32,215 nucleotides of DNA from an uncultured Candidatus Saccharibacteria bacterium (GCA_964565105.1 CAZMCG010000004.1:1-32215); one strand, 5' to 3'. Positions 7,862 through 18,025 are shown, numbered from the stretch's first letter. Made by a program: numbers and translations. The notes: a model not told the origin generated them from the letters alone.

Positions 7862-7996
7862 TTAAAAAGCTTTGTACAAAGAGTGTCTGTCGAATGATGA
7901 ATCAACTTTTTACTAAATAGGGTAATCTCTTGTCAGTTGATAGGGGTAGGCTACGATAGTATATAAAAGGTAGGGAAGAGGGTGTAGAATAGGTGC

Positions 7997-8752
7997 ATGA
8001 ATAGAGTTGTAAAACAAATTATTTACGGTTTTGGGTATCTTACCTTTTTTGGATTAGCTTCCTTTTTTATATATTTGGGTTTTTACCACATGCCACCATC
8101 GTGTTTTGATAATAACCTAAACCAGGGCGAAGTCGGAGTTGATTGTGGAGGTCCCTGTTTCCCATGTGAACTTAAGGGTGTGGAGATACAGCACAGCCCT
8201 ATTGCCATATTTGATGTGGGTGGAGACAAGGTTACGTTTCTTACTCAATTACAGAATCCGAGTGAAACCTACGGAGTCAGCTTGCTTTACCGCTTCGATG
8301 TATTTGGGGACTTTGGGGAGAGGATAGAGACTATAAATGGCAGAGTTACACTAAAGGGAGGAGAGCTTGACTATGTCGTGTCTCCCGGCATCAAGGTTGG
8401 GATAGAAGATATAAATAGAGTTATACTCAAAATTATTGACACACATTGGTATATAGATGAAGTTGTGCCTGTTTATGATATAGCGTTGGAAAATATAAAA
8501 ACAGTAGTTGCGGATGATGCTCGTGTGGTGGGTAGGATTGTAAACAGGGAGTCGTTACTTTTTTCAACTGCTCGGATAACCGCGCTTTTAAAAGATGAGT
8601 ACAATAGGGTTGTTCATGCCTCAATCGTTGAGCTTATAAACATTGCTCCTCTGGGGGGCAGGGATTTTGTTATTTTTTTCCCGAGCATTGAATTTTTAGA
8701 AGAGTTTAATATCCAACACACACACGTGTCCGTAGAGGTGTTTGCGGAATGA
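7997..8752 (+). CDS. Membrane-anchored hypothetical protein, first gene of the SEDS/MltG operon
   Basis: 251-aa ORF with an N-terminal TM helix (IIYGFGYLTFFGLASFFIYLGFY) followed by a Cys-rich motif (CFDNNLNQGEVGVDCGGPCFPCE). Its stop overlaps the next start (ATGA at 8749-8752). Confidence 0.6.
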   Translation: MNRVVKQIIYGFGYLTFFGLASFFIYLGFYHMPPSCFDNNLNQGEVGVDCGGPCFPCELKGVEIQHSPIAIFDVGGDKVTFLTQLQNPSETYGVSLLYRFDVFGDFGERIETINGRVTLKGGELDYVVSPGIKVGIEDINRVILKIIDTHWYIDEVVPVYDIALENIKTVVADDARVVGRIVNRESLLFSTARITALLKDEYNRVVHASIVELINIAPLGGRDFVIFFPSIEFLEEFNIQHTHVSVEVFAE

Positions 8753-9822
8753 TTCCCTCTCTTGCAAGAAAACTTGATTGGAGACTTATTGGTATCTCTT
8801 TTTTCCTTTTTGCGATAGGCCTCTTAACACTTGCGTCTGGGGATTCTGATCTTTTTTATCGTCAGCTTATTTGGGGGGTTTTTGCGGCTATACTTATTTT
8901 TGGACTCCCGGCTATCAATATAGATAGGCTTCTACAGCATCGATGGATGGTGCTTGGGATCTATCTTTTTGCCCTTTTGCTTCTTGTTATTACATATTTT
9001 GTGGCTCCTGTAATTCATGGCACTCGGAGTTGGATTGTTTTAGGAGATCTTCAGGTTCAGCCATCAGAGTTTATGAAAATAGCACTTATAGTTTTACTCT
9101 CAAGTTTTTTTGCTGTGCGTCACGTAGTAATCGCACATCTCGGAATTATATTAACTTCGTTTTTATATTTTCTTATCCCAGCTGTTTTAATTTTACTTCA
9201 GCCTGATGTTGGGACGGTTCTTGTTTTATTCGGCATCTGGTTTAGTTATTTACTTTTGAGTGGGTTGCCGTGGAAACATGTTCTGGTAGCTTTTTTGATT
9301 TTTGCGCTTCTTCTTGTTGTCGCGTGGAACTTTGGATTACTAGCTGATCATCAAAAATCTCGTATTATTGGGTTATTTAATCCAGGAGAAGATCTACTTG
9401 GCATAAACTATAGTGTAGCTCAGTCTAAAATTGCTATTGGTTCCGCAGGCTTTTTGGGGAAAGGGTTCGGGCAGGGCACACAGGTCCAAATGGGGTTTTT
9501 GCCTGAAGCGCAAACCGATTTCATTTTTGCCGCATTTGTTGAGGAGTGGGGGTTTTTAGGGGGCACAATTTTGATAGCCGGGTTTATATATTTTTTATAT
9601 CGTGTTTTAAAAATTGGCATTCAGAGTTCTAATAATTTCGCTCGATTTATTTCACTGGGCGTCTTTGCTATGCTTGCTCTGCACTTTGTTATAAATATGG
9701 GATCGATACTCGGGCTTTTGCCGGTAATAGGTATTGGCCTACCCCTTATAAGTTATGGGGGATCAAATCTATTGACTGTCGCTGTACTTTTAGGTATCCT
9801 ACAGAGCGTTTCTAAGAGATGA
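8749..9822 (+). CDS. FtsW/RodA/SpoVE (SEDS) family peptidoglycan glycosyltransferase
   Basis: Polytopic membrane protein with QPSEFMKIALIV, PEAQTDFIFAAFVEEWGFLG and LISYGGSNLL signatures. Confidence 0.9.
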   Translation: MIPSLARKLDWRLIGISFFLFAIGLLTLASGDSDLFYRQLIWGVFAAILIFGLPAINIDRLLQHRWMVLGIYLFALLLLVITYFVAPVIHGTRSWIVLGDLQVQPSEFMKIALIVLLSSFFAVRHVVIAHLGIILTSFLYFLIPAVLILLQPDVGTVLVLFGIWFSYLLLSGLPWKHVLVAFLIFALLLVVAWNFGLLADHQKSRIIGLFNPGEDLLGINYSVAQSKIAIGSAGFLGKGFGQGTQVQMGFLPEAQTDFIFAAFVEEWGFLGGTILIAGFIYFLYRVLKIGIQSSNNFARFISLGVFAMLALHFVINMGSILGLLPVIGIGLPLISYGGSNLLTVAVLLGILQSVSKR

Positions 9823-10559
9823 GATTTATATTTAAAAAACAATTCATAATCCCACTCGTTGCGTTTGGGATACTTTTGTTTCTAGGACTTACTATTGAAC
9901 TTAAGGATCGTCTTTTGGGTGAGTCACACATTACGCCTCGCATCACTGTTACTATTCCCGAAGGATCAACGGTCTCCGATATAAATAAGATATTAATTAG
10001 CACCGGAGTTTTTGATGGAGTTGAGTTGTCAAGGGATCTTGAGGGATATCTATTTCCTGATACATATGAATTTTTCCTGGGATCAAGTGTGGCTGTTGTG
10101 GAGAAGAGATTTCGTGAAAGATTTGAAGCAAAAGTTATTCCCGCAATAGGGGTTGTCGTAGATGATGCTTTTGTACACGAAGTTTTGACAGTTGCGTCAC
10201 TTATAGAAAGGGAGGTTCCGGATTCATATGAGCGTAGGGTTGTTTCCGGAATTATACGGAAGCGAATTAAGCTTGGCATCCCACTTCAAATAGATGCTTC
10301 AATCTGTTATATTAAAAATTACCCATGCCTTCCCATTACTAGGGATGACAAAAATATAGACTCTCCCTATAATACGTATAAGTACAGAGGGCTTCCGCCC
10401 GGACCAATTAATAATCCTGGATTGGATGCTATAGGAGCGGCACTAGACCCAAAGGAGTCTCCGTATCTATATTTTTTATCAGACCCGAAGACGAATAAAA
10501 CTATTTTTTCCAGAACCCTTGACGAACATAATAAAAATATTGTTAAATACTTAAAGTAA
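9819..10559 (+). CDS. mltG: Endolytic murein transglycosylase MltG (YceG-like)
   Basis: Has an N-terminal TM helix, LASLIEREV (catalytic Glu context), YNTYKYRGLPPGPINNPG and YLYFLSD. Its start overlaps the upstream stop (ATGA). Confidence 0.8.
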   Translation: MRFIFKKQFIIPLVAFGILLFLGLTIELKDRLLGESHITPRITVTIPEGSTVSDINKILISTGVFDGVELSRDLEGYLFPDTYEFFLGSSVAVVEKRFRERFEAKVIPAIGVVVDDAFVHEVLTVASLIEREVPDSYERRVVSGIIRKRIKLGIPLQIDASICYIKNYPCLPITRDDKNIDSPYNTYKYRGLPPGPINNPGLDAIGAALDPKESPYLYFLSDPKTNKTIFSRTLDEHNKNIVKYLK

Positions 10560-10608
10560 TTAAATTTTTTAAATGCAATAATGACCGTTCCCGCGATCGG
10601 CCTTTTTG

Positions 10609-13600
10609 ATGCCTACCAATAAAATTTTACCCACAAAAACATTTACGTCACATAAAGGTGCTCTTACCGAGCAGCCTGACTTAGCTTTGGTGCAGACGCA
10701 ATCGTATAATTGGTTTCGGGGTGATGGACTAAAAGAGCTCTTTAAGGAGTTCTCTCCGATAGTTGATTACTCTGATAAGCACCTAGAACTTCATTTCGGT
10801 GATTATTATTTTGATGATCCGAAATATAGCGAAGAGGAAGCTCGCTTCAAGCATATTACATATGAAGCTCCCCTTAGAGTGAAAGTTCTTCTTATCCGTA
10901 AGGATACCAAGAAAAAGAAGGAGCAGGAGATTTATTTGGGTGATTTTCCCGTAATGACGAGTCGCGGTACTTTTATTATAAATGGTATTGAGCGTGTGGT
11001 TATATCACAGCTTATAAGATCGCCGGGAGTATATTTTGGGGCAAATATTTATCGTGGCAAAAGACTTTTTGGTGCAAAACTAATTCCAAATCGTGGCACA
11101 TGGCTTGAGTTTGAGACAGACCCCGATGGATCTGTGGGTGTAAAGATTGATAGGAATCGCAAGGTTCCCGTCACCAACCTTCTTGGGGTTTTTGGAATGG
11201 ATAGAGAGAGTGCTGTAAAGACTTTCGGAGAAAAGATCGAGCCTACATTAAAAAAAGATATTACTGAGACTATAGATGACTCTTATCTTGAAATTTATAA
11301 CCGCGTGCGCCCTGGGGACCTTGCGACATCTAGGGATGCGAGAAAGCTTATAGACTCAATGTTTAAACAAGATGAGCGTTATGATCTCTCTGGGGTTGGG
11401 AGATTTAAATTAAATCAAAGACTTGGCTTTAAGGACTCTGGGGGAGGATTATTGCAACTTAATGACCTTGTGGCGATTGTGAAGGAAATTATAAGGTTAA
11501 ACGATGATCCCAATGCAGAGGGTGATGATATTGATGATCTTGCAAATCGGCGAGTTAAGGCTTTAGGGGAGCTTTTGCAGTCTCGTTTGCGTATTGGGTT
11601 TACTCGTGTCAGAAGAATTGCACAGGATCGCATGTCGACAGAAGACCCCTCTTCTGTTACACCAGCCCAACTTGTAAATCCACGACCACTAACAGCAGTT
11701 GTGCGAGAGTTTTTTGCATCATCACAGATGTCGCAATTTTTAAATCAAGTTAACCCACTAGATGAACTTGAGCATAAAAGGATTATTACAACACTTGGCC
11801 CCGGGGGACTTACGCGTGAGCGTGCTGGTATGGAGGTACGAGATGTGCATAGCTCTTATTATGGAAGGATTTGTCCAATTCAGACCCCCGAGGGTCACAA
11901 CATTGGCCTTGTGAATCGTCTTGCGAATTTTGCTAAGCTTAATGATTACGGCTTTATTGTTACGCCGTATGCAAAAGTTGATAATGGTAGGCTTACAAAT
12001 AAAATTGATTGGTTAGATGCCCAAGAGGAGAGAAAATACAATATTGCTTCTGCGAGTACAGAGGTTTCAGATGCGGGTGTTATTCTTGATAAAAAGGTTT
12101 ATGCGCGTATAAAGGGTGATGTTGGGACGTTGCCCGTAAAGGATATTGATTATATTGATGTGGCGCCTAATAATCTTGTTAGCGTTGCGACATCTCTTAT
12201 CCCATTCTTGAAGCACACCGACGCTAATCGCGCTCTTATGGCATCTAATATGCAAAGACAGGCTGTCCCTTGTATAAATCCGCGTGCGCCATATGTTGGT
12301 ACGGGGGTTGAAGAAAAAGTTGCCATAGATTCTGGTCGTGTGGTGATAGCTGATGTGGCAGGAGTTGTAGATGCTGTCGAGGCTAAAAAGATTACCGTAA
12401 AACCCACGAGCGGGAAGAGTAAAAAGAGGGTTTATAAACTTGATAAGTTCAAGATGTCTAATCAATATATGTCCATTTCTCATCGTCCATTAATTGAAAA
12501 AGGACAACGTGTTAAAAAGGGACAGTTGTTAGCGGATGGTCAATCCACGGAAAATGGTGTTTTAGCGCTTGGGCAGAACCTTCTTGTTGCATTCACATCG
12601 TGGGGGGGCGCAAATTTTGAGGACGCAATTATTTTATCAGAGCGTGTCCAGAGAGACGCAATTTATAATTCAATTCATATAGAAGAGTACACACTTGACG
12701 TTCGTGACACAAAACTTGGCCCAGAAGTTACGACTCCTGATATCTCAAATGTACCGGAAGATAAGCTTCGTAATTTGGATGAGGATGGCATAGTGCGCAT
12801 TGGGGCTGAGGTAAGGAGTGGTGATATTTTAGTTGGTAAGATCTCACCAAGGGGTGAAAGTGAGCTAACTCCGGAAGAGCGACTACTTCGTGCTATTTTT
12901 GGAGAGAAGGCTCGTGATGTGAAAGACACCTCACTTGAATTAACTCATGGTAAATCGGGTCGTGTTGTTGGCGTTAAAGTCTTTACTCGTGAAAAGGGAG
13001 ATGGCGGTAGATTAAATCCGGGAGTAATTTCTAAAATTCACGTGCAGGTTGCAACTACGCGCAACATTAAGGTAGGCGATAAAATGGCTGGACGCCATGG
13101 TAACAAGGGGGTAGTTTCGCAAATAAGGCCAGTTGAGGACATGCCACATTTAGAAGATGGTACGCCGGTTGATATAATTTTAAATCCACTAGGAGTAGTG
13201 TCTCGTATGAACTTGGGGCAACTTTTTGAAACCCACCTTGGCTGGGCCGCAAAAAGCCTGGGATATCGTGCATATACACCAGTATTCGCGGGTGCGTCAG
13301 AGAAAGAGGTAAGGGCTGAGCTTAAAAAAGCCGGCTTACCTGAAAGTGGAAAAGTAAAACTGTACGATGGACGCACTGGAGAGTCGTTTAAGGAAGATGT
13401 AACAGTCGGTGTTATTTATTTAATGAAACTAAATCATTTAGTAACGGACAAGCTTCACATGCGCTCAATCGGCCCATATTCACTCATCACACAACAGCCT
13501 CTGGGTGGTAAGGCGCAGTTGGGGGGACAGCGATTTGGAGAAATGGAAGTTTGGGCATTGCAGGGATATGGTGCGGCGTATACGCTCCAGGAAATGTTAA

Positions 13601-13935
13601 CGGTTAAATCTGATGATGTTGTCGGGCGTTCTGCGGTCTATGAAGCGATAGTTCGTGGTGAAAAGAGTAAGCGACAAAATGTACCCGCGGCATTTCGGGT
13701 TATGGTAAATGAATTAAAGGCGCTTGGGCTTTCTATTGAATCTGAGTACAAAGATTTGGATGACGACGGCGTGGGGCAGGAGAAAGAAATTTTACGTCGC
13801 CAAGATTCCCCTCCTTCGCATAAAGCTACGGAAGGGCAAGGCGCCGAGCAGGATTCGCGTAGTAAAGACCCTACCTCATCAGGAGAGGTTACGAAGGAGA
13901 AAGGTACCGGAGAGAAAGACTCTGATAATAAATAA
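10609..13935 (+). CDS. rpoB: DNA-directed RNA polymerase subunit beta, with ~60-aa low-complexity C-terminal tail
   Basis: Conserved blocks are GTFIINGIERVVISQL, RDVHSSYYGRICPIQTPEGHNIGL, MASNMQRQAVP, GDKMAGRHGNKGVVS and GGQRFGEMEVWAL. The ATG at 10609 is preferred over the TTG at 10606. Confidence 0.97.
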   Translation: MPTNKILPTKTFTSHKGALTEQPDLALVQTQSYNWFRGDGLKELFKEFSPIVDYSDKHLELHFGDYYFDDPKYSEEEARFKHITYEAPLRVKVLLIRKDTKKKKEQEIYLGDFPVMTSRGTFIINGIERVVISQLIRSPGVYFGANIYRGKRLFGAKLIPNRGTWLEFETDPDGSVGVKIDRNRKVPVTNLLGVFGMDRESAVKTFGEKIEPTLKKDITETIDDSYLEIYNRVRPGDLATSRDARKLIDSMFKQDERYDLSGVGRFKLNQRLGFKDSGGGLLQLNDLVAIVKEIIRLNDDPNAEGDDIDDLANRRVKALGELLQSRLRIGFTRVRRIAQDRMSTEDPSSVTPAQLVNPRPLTAVVREFFASSQMSQFLNQVNPLDELEHKRIITTLGPGGLTRERAGMEVRDVHSSYYGRICPIQTPEGHNIGLVNRLANFAKLNDYGFIVTPYAKVDNGRLTNKIDWLDAQEERKYNIASASTEVSDAGVILDKKVYARIKGDVGTLPVKDIDYIDVAPNNLVSVATSLIPFLKHTDANRALMASNMQRQAVPCINPRAPYVGTGVEEKVAIDSGRVVIADVAGVVDAVEAKKITVKPTSGKSKKRVYKLDKFKMSNQYMSISHRPLIEKGQRVKKGQLLADGQSTENGVLALGQNLLVAFTSWGGANFEDAIILSERVQRDAIYNSIHIEEYTLDVRDTKLGPEVTTPDISNVPEDKLRNLDEDGIVRIGAEVRSGDILVGKISPRGESELTPEERLLRAIFGEKARDVKDTSLELTHGKSGRVVGVKVFTREKGDGGRLNPGVISKIHVQVATTRNIKVGDKMAGRHGNKGVVSQIRPVEDMPHLEDGTPVDIILNPLGVVSRMNLGQLFETHLGWAAKSLGYRAYTPVFAGASEKEVRAELKKAGLPESGKVKLYDGRTGESFKEDVTVGVIYLMKLNHLVTDKLHMRSIGPYSLITQQPLGGKAQLGGQRFGEMEVWALQGYGAAYTLQEMLTVKSDDVVGRSAVYEAIVRGEKSKRQNVPAAFRVMVNELKALGLSIESEYKDLDDDGVGQEKEILRRQDSPPSHKATEGQGAEQDSRSKDPTSSGEVTKEKGTGEKDSDNK

Positions 13936-13936
13936 T

Positions 13937-16900
13937 ATGTCACGAAGGGAGTTAAAATCATTGCAAATTAAGATTGCGTCACCGGAAGATATTCTTGGGT
14001 GGTCTTATGGTGAGGTTATAAAACCGGAGACGATTAACTATCGGACTCAGCGTCCTGAGAAAGATGGACTATTTTCTGAAAGAATTTTTGGTCCGACGAA
14101 GGACTGGGAGTGTTATTGCGGGAAGTATAGAAAAATACGATATAAAGGTGTTGTTTGTGATAAGTGTAATGTTGAGGTCACGCGGTCTATTGTTCGACGT
14201 GAGCGAATGGGCCACATTGAGCTTGCAACTCCTGTTGTGCACACTTGGTTTTTGCGAAGCGTGCCGTCTGTTTTGAGTCTTGTTTTAGATGAGGGTCTAA
14301 AGAAATTAGAGAGAGTCGCGTACTATGCGGCGTTTATTGTAACTAGTGTAGATGAGGAAAAAAGGAAATCCGTACTTAAAGATGTAAGTAAAGAATTCAA
14401 ATCTCGACAAGGGGAAGATCAAGAGAAAGGAGAGCTTGAATCGGCGGTTGCCGAGGCTGAAGATTTTCTCAAGGGATTGCATCCGGGCAAGGTTCTTTCT
14501 GAGAAGGAGTTTGAGGATTTTGGGAGACGATTCGGAGGTGTATTTACAGTAGAGAGCGGTGGAGAGGGTTTGCGTAAGGTTCTAGAGGAGCTGGATATTC
14601 CGAAAACTATTAAGGCAATTGAAAAAGAGTTGGACGAGACAAAAGATGCCGCGCGCACAAAGAAGCTTTTACGCAGATTAAAGCTTTTGAAATCTATGGT
14701 AAGTAATAATATTCGCCCAGAATGGACGGTCTTAACCGTGTTACCAATATTACCCCCTGACCTGCGCCCTATGGTCGCGCTTGACGGTGGTCGTTATGCG
14801 ACATCTGATTCGAACGATCTCTATCGTCGCGTTATTAATCGCAATAATCGTTTAAAAAAACTATTAGAGCTAAACGCTCCGGATGTTATTGTAATAAACG
14901 AAAAGAGAATGCTTCAGGAGGCTGTTGATGTTTTAATTGATAATTCACGTGCTAAGCAAACCGCACGTGGGCGACGCCCATTACGCTCACTAGCAGACAT
15001 GATTAAGGGCAAGCAGGGTCGTTTTAGACAGAACTTATTAGGAAAACGCGTTGATTATTCTGGTCGCTCAGTTATTGTGGTTGGTCCCCACTTGCGACTT
15101 GATGAATGTGGCATTCCAAAGCAGATGGCACTTGAGCTTTTTAGGCCGTTTGTGATTAATCAGATTATTGAGCGTGAATTAGCATATAATATAAAAACTT
15201 CGAATCGATTGATTGATCAGGCGCCACCTGAGGTGTGGGAGATTTTGGAAGAAGTTATTAAAGATCGTAAGGTTTTATTAAATCGTGCCCCTACTCTTCA
15301 TAGGTTAAGTGTTCAGGCGTTCAAGCCGGTGCTTATTGAGGGCTTTGCAATTCAAATTCCTCCTATGGTATGCGCAGCATTTAATGCTGATTTTGATGGC
15401 GACCAAATGGCGGTCCACATTCCACTTTCCAGTGAGGCTCAACGCGAGTCAAGAGAGATTATGCTCGCAAGCCTTAACCTACTAAAGCCCGCTTCCGGAG
15501 AAGCGATTGCGGTACCTACGCAAGATATCGTGCTGGGATGTCATTATCTAACGCGCATTGATCCTATGTATAAAGATGATGTAAGGGTCCTATCAGACGA
15601 CAGGGAGGCAAGAATTGCTTATGAAAATAAATATATTGATTTTAATACACCAATTAAGATTGGTAAGATGGACACCACTTATGGGCGAGTGCTTTTCAAT
15701 AAAACATTGCCGTCTGATTTTGATTTTATAAATGAGGAGCTTAATAAAAAATCTCTCACCACCCTTATAGGGGATCTGATTTACAAATACGGCCCCCTGA
15801 AGGTTAGTAATATTTTGGATAGAATCAAGGATCTCGGCTTTGAGTCTGCATCTAGATCGGGATTGAGCTTGGGTATAAACGACCTATCTGTCCCAGAGGA
15901 AAAGCCAGCACTTCTCGCGAAGGCAGAAGAGAAAATAGAGGTTATTATGGGACAATATAGAGGCGGGCTCTTAACGGAAGAAGAGAGGCGTGCTCGTGCG
16001 ATTGATGTGTGGCTTGGCGTGAGTGGTGAAATTAACAAACTTGTTCCACAAACATTAGGAGAAACTAATCCAATTACGATTATTATAAACTCTGGGGCGA
16101 GGGGTTCATGGATACAGCCGAACCAGATGGCAGGTATGCGTGGAAATGTTACAAGCCCAAAAGGTGAAACTATAGAACTTCCTATTAAAACATCTCTTAA
16201 GGAGGGGCATACGAGTTTGGAGTATTTCATTTCTACTCACGGTGCGCGAAAGGGATTGGTTGATACTGCGCTTAAAACCGCAGGGGCTGGGTATCTTACC
16301 CGTCGCTTAATTGATGTGGCGCAGGATGTAGTAATTAAAGAAAATGATTGTCGTACAACGCAGGGAATTTTAATTTATAGAGAGGATGGTAGTGATTTTG
16401 GATACAATTTTGGAGACAGGGTGTTTTCGCGTATCGCAAGTGGTGATATCAAGGATGGCCGTAAAACGATTGTCAAGGGAGGAGACTTGATTGATAGCGA
16501 TGCTTCAAAGGCTATTGAGGAGTCTGTGATGGAGTCGATTGAAGTAAGGTCTCCTATTACGTGTAATACCCTATATGGTATTTGTGTTAAATGTTACGGC
16601 CTTGACTTAGGGAAAAACAAACAAGTAGAAATTGGCGAAGCGGTTGGGATAGTCGCCGCGCAATCTATCGGTGAGCTCGGGACTCAGCTTACACTTCGGA
16701 CATTTCATGTAGGGGGTGTTGCGGGGGGTGACGATATTACAACTGGACTTCCACGCGTTGAGGAGCTTTTTGAGAAGCGCACACCAAAACTTAAGGGGGT
16801 GTTGTCTGCTGTTGAGGGGACGGTTACCGAGCTTGAGGATAAGGGTACTATGATATCTATTCATATAAGTGTAAGCGCGGTTGGTGGCAAGAAGGGCAAG

Positions 16901-17479
16901 GTTGTGGAATATTCCGTGTTAAAAGCCAGGGAAATACTTGTGGGTATTGGAGATAAAGTTAATATTGGTGACATATTAACAAGTGGGAACTTAGATCCAG
17001 AGGAACTTTTTAAGTTTCGTGGGAAAGCAGATGTTGCCAGGTATCTTATAAATGAAGTTCAGCGTATTTATAGATCAGGAGGGGCCCTTGTTCACGATAA
17101 ACACATGGAGATTATTGTTCGCCAGATGTTTAATAGGGTAGAGATTATTGATTCTGGGGACACTGATTTTGTGCGCGGCGAGATAGCTGATAAGTCACGT
17201 GTTAAAGAGGTTAATCGAGAAATGAAGATGGCTGGGAAAGAGCGTGTGGGGAGCAAGGAAACTATCCTTGGTATTACAAAAGCTGCACTTGCGAGTGATG
17301 GCTTTTTGTCTGCTGCGTCTTTTCAGGAAACAGCTCGTGTTTTAATACGGGCTGCAAGTGAGGGGAGGGTTGATTATCTAAGGGGGCTTAAGGAAAATGT
17401 GATTATAGGGCGTCTTATTCCTGTCGGAACCGCGGTTCGAAAAGAATTTAAGACTACAAAGAAAGAAGATGAGGAGTAG
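13937..17479 (+). CDS. rpoC: DNA-directed RNA polymerase subunit beta'
   Basis: The ATG lies 1 nt after the rpoB stop. The N-terminus is MSRRELKSLQIKIASPEDILGWSYGEV, with a zinc motif CYCGKYRKIRYKGVVCDKC and the catalytic NADFDGDQMAVH. The longer ORF from 13724 overlaps the rpoB tail and is rejected. Confidence 0.97.
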   Translation: MSRRELKSLQIKIASPEDILGWSYGEVIKPETINYRTQRPEKDGLFSERIFGPTKDWECYCGKYRKIRYKGVVCDKCNVEVTRSIVRRERMGHIELATPVVHTWFLRSVPSVLSLVLDEGLKKLERVAYYAAFIVTSVDEEKRKSVLKDVSKEFKSRQGEDQEKGELESAVAEAEDFLKGLHPGKVLSEKEFEDFGRRFGGVFTVESGGEGLRKVLEELDIPKTIKAIEKELDETKDAARTKKLLRRLKLLKSMVSNNIRPEWTVLTVLPILPPDLRPMVALDGGRYATSDSNDLYRRVINRNNRLKKLLELNAPDVIVINEKRMLQEAVDVLIDNSRAKQTARGRRPLRSLADMIKGKQGRFRQNLLGKRVDYSGRSVIVVGPHLRLDECGIPKQMALELFRPFVINQIIERELAYNIKTSNRLIDQAPPEVWEILEEVIKDRKVLLNRAPTLHRLSVQAFKPVLIEGFAIQIPPMVCAAFNADFDGDQMAVHIPLSSEAQRESREIMLASLNLLKPASGEAIAVPTQDIVLGCHYLTRIDPMYKDDVRVLSDDREARIAYENKYIDFNTPIKIGKMDTTYGRVLFNKTLPSDFDFINEELNKKSLTTLIGDLIYKYGPLKVSNILDRIKDLGFESASRSGLSLGINDLSVPEEKPALLAKAEEKIEVIMGQYRGGLLTEEERRARAIDVWLGVSGEINKLVPQTLGETNPITIIINSGARGSWIQPNQMAGMRGNVTSPKGETIELPIKTSLKEGHTSLEYFISTHGARKGLVDTALKTAGAGYLTRRLIDVAQDVVIKENDCRTTQGILIYREDGSDFGYNFGDRVFSRIASGDIKDGRKTIVKGGDLIDSDASKAIEESVMESIEVRSPITCNTLYGICVKCYGLDLGKNKQVEIGEAVGIVAAQSIGELGTQLTLRTFHVGGVAGGDDITTGLPRVEELFEKRTPKLKGVLSAVEGTVTELEDKGTMISIHISVSAVGGKKGKVVEYSVLKAREILVGIGDKVNIGDILTSGNLDPEELFKFRGKADVARYLINEVQRIYRSGGALVHDKHMEIIVRQMFNRVEIIDSGDTDFVRGEIADKSRVKEVNREMKMAGKERVGSKETILGITKAALASDGFLSAASFQETARVLIRAASEGRVDYLRGLKENVIIGRLIPVGTAVRKEFKTTKKEDEE

Positions 17480-17490
17480 GGTCTTTGTTT

Positions 17491-17559
17491 AACCCCGTTA
17501 GTAATAGGATGCCACAGACACCCGACGGTTATTCCCGATAACCTATTACTAACGGGGTT
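17491..17559 (+). terminator. Perfect 18-bp inverted repeat with 33-nt loop after rpoC, a terminator or REP-like element
   Basis: aaccccgttagtaatagg (17491-17508) pairs with cctattactaacggggtt (17542-17559), followed by tgacttt. Confidence 0.5.
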
Positions 17560-17596
17560 TGACTTTAAAAGTACCCTCTGATAGTCTCAAGTTGAG

Positions 17597-18025
17597 ATGG
17601 AAACCAAGGCACAAAAAACATACGAAATTTCTTTTTTAGCGAAAGACGAGAATGGTGCAGCTTCCCTTGCGGGGCATCTAACGCGCTTGGGCGCGCATAT
17701 TGTAAGTGAGGGTGAGTTTTCAAAGATTCAACTTGCGTATCCGATTGAGAAGCAGAGCACTGCATATTCTAGTTGCGTGCATATTGACATTAACCCCGAA
17801 GAGGTCGTTAACATCCGCGATGCTCTTAAACTAGATGATAATATCCTTAGATTTTTAATTATTACGCCCCCTTTCTATCCCGAAAAGCAAGAGCGTATAT
17901 CGGGTGAGGTAAAAACCAATAAGCCTTCTTACTCTTATTCCCAGAGACCCACCACCAAGAGACAACCAGACGCATCACTTTCTAATGATTTACTAGAAGA
18001 GAAACTAGAAGAGATACTAAAATAG
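17597..18025 (+). CDS. rpsF: 30S ribosomal protein S6 with C-terminal extension
   Basis: S6-like pattern YEISFL...IQLAYPIEKQSTAYSSCVHIDINPEEV...ILRFLIIT. It heads the conserved rpsF-ssb-rpsR arrangement. Confidence 0.8.
   Translation: METKAQKTYEISFLAKDENGAASLAGHLTRLGAHIVSEGEFSKIQLAYPIEKQSTAYSSCVHIDINPEEVVNIRDALKLDDNILRFLIITPPFYPEKQERISGEVKTNKPSYSYSQRPTTKRQPDASLSNDLLEEKLEEILK

Noticed and set aside
13724-13936. N-terminal 71-aa extension of the rpoC ORF, and the analogous 87-aa extension of the rel ORF (27854-28114).
   Set aside because: Both are alternate-frame readings of the low-complexity tails of the upstream genes (rpoB, topA). Conserved N-termini begin at internal ATGs (13937; 27853).
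10606-17479. Antisense and alternate-frame ORFs within rpoB and rpoC (for example 11415-11633, 12067-12483, 13038-13376, 14419-14658, 15781-16230, 16607-16864). Similar ORFs occur inside prfA, rpmE, the SEDS gene, the PAP2 gene, rel, topA and dprA.
   Set aside because: They are embedded in strongly conserved genes on the other strand or frame and have no motifs. Such ORFs are typical by-products of long coding regions.
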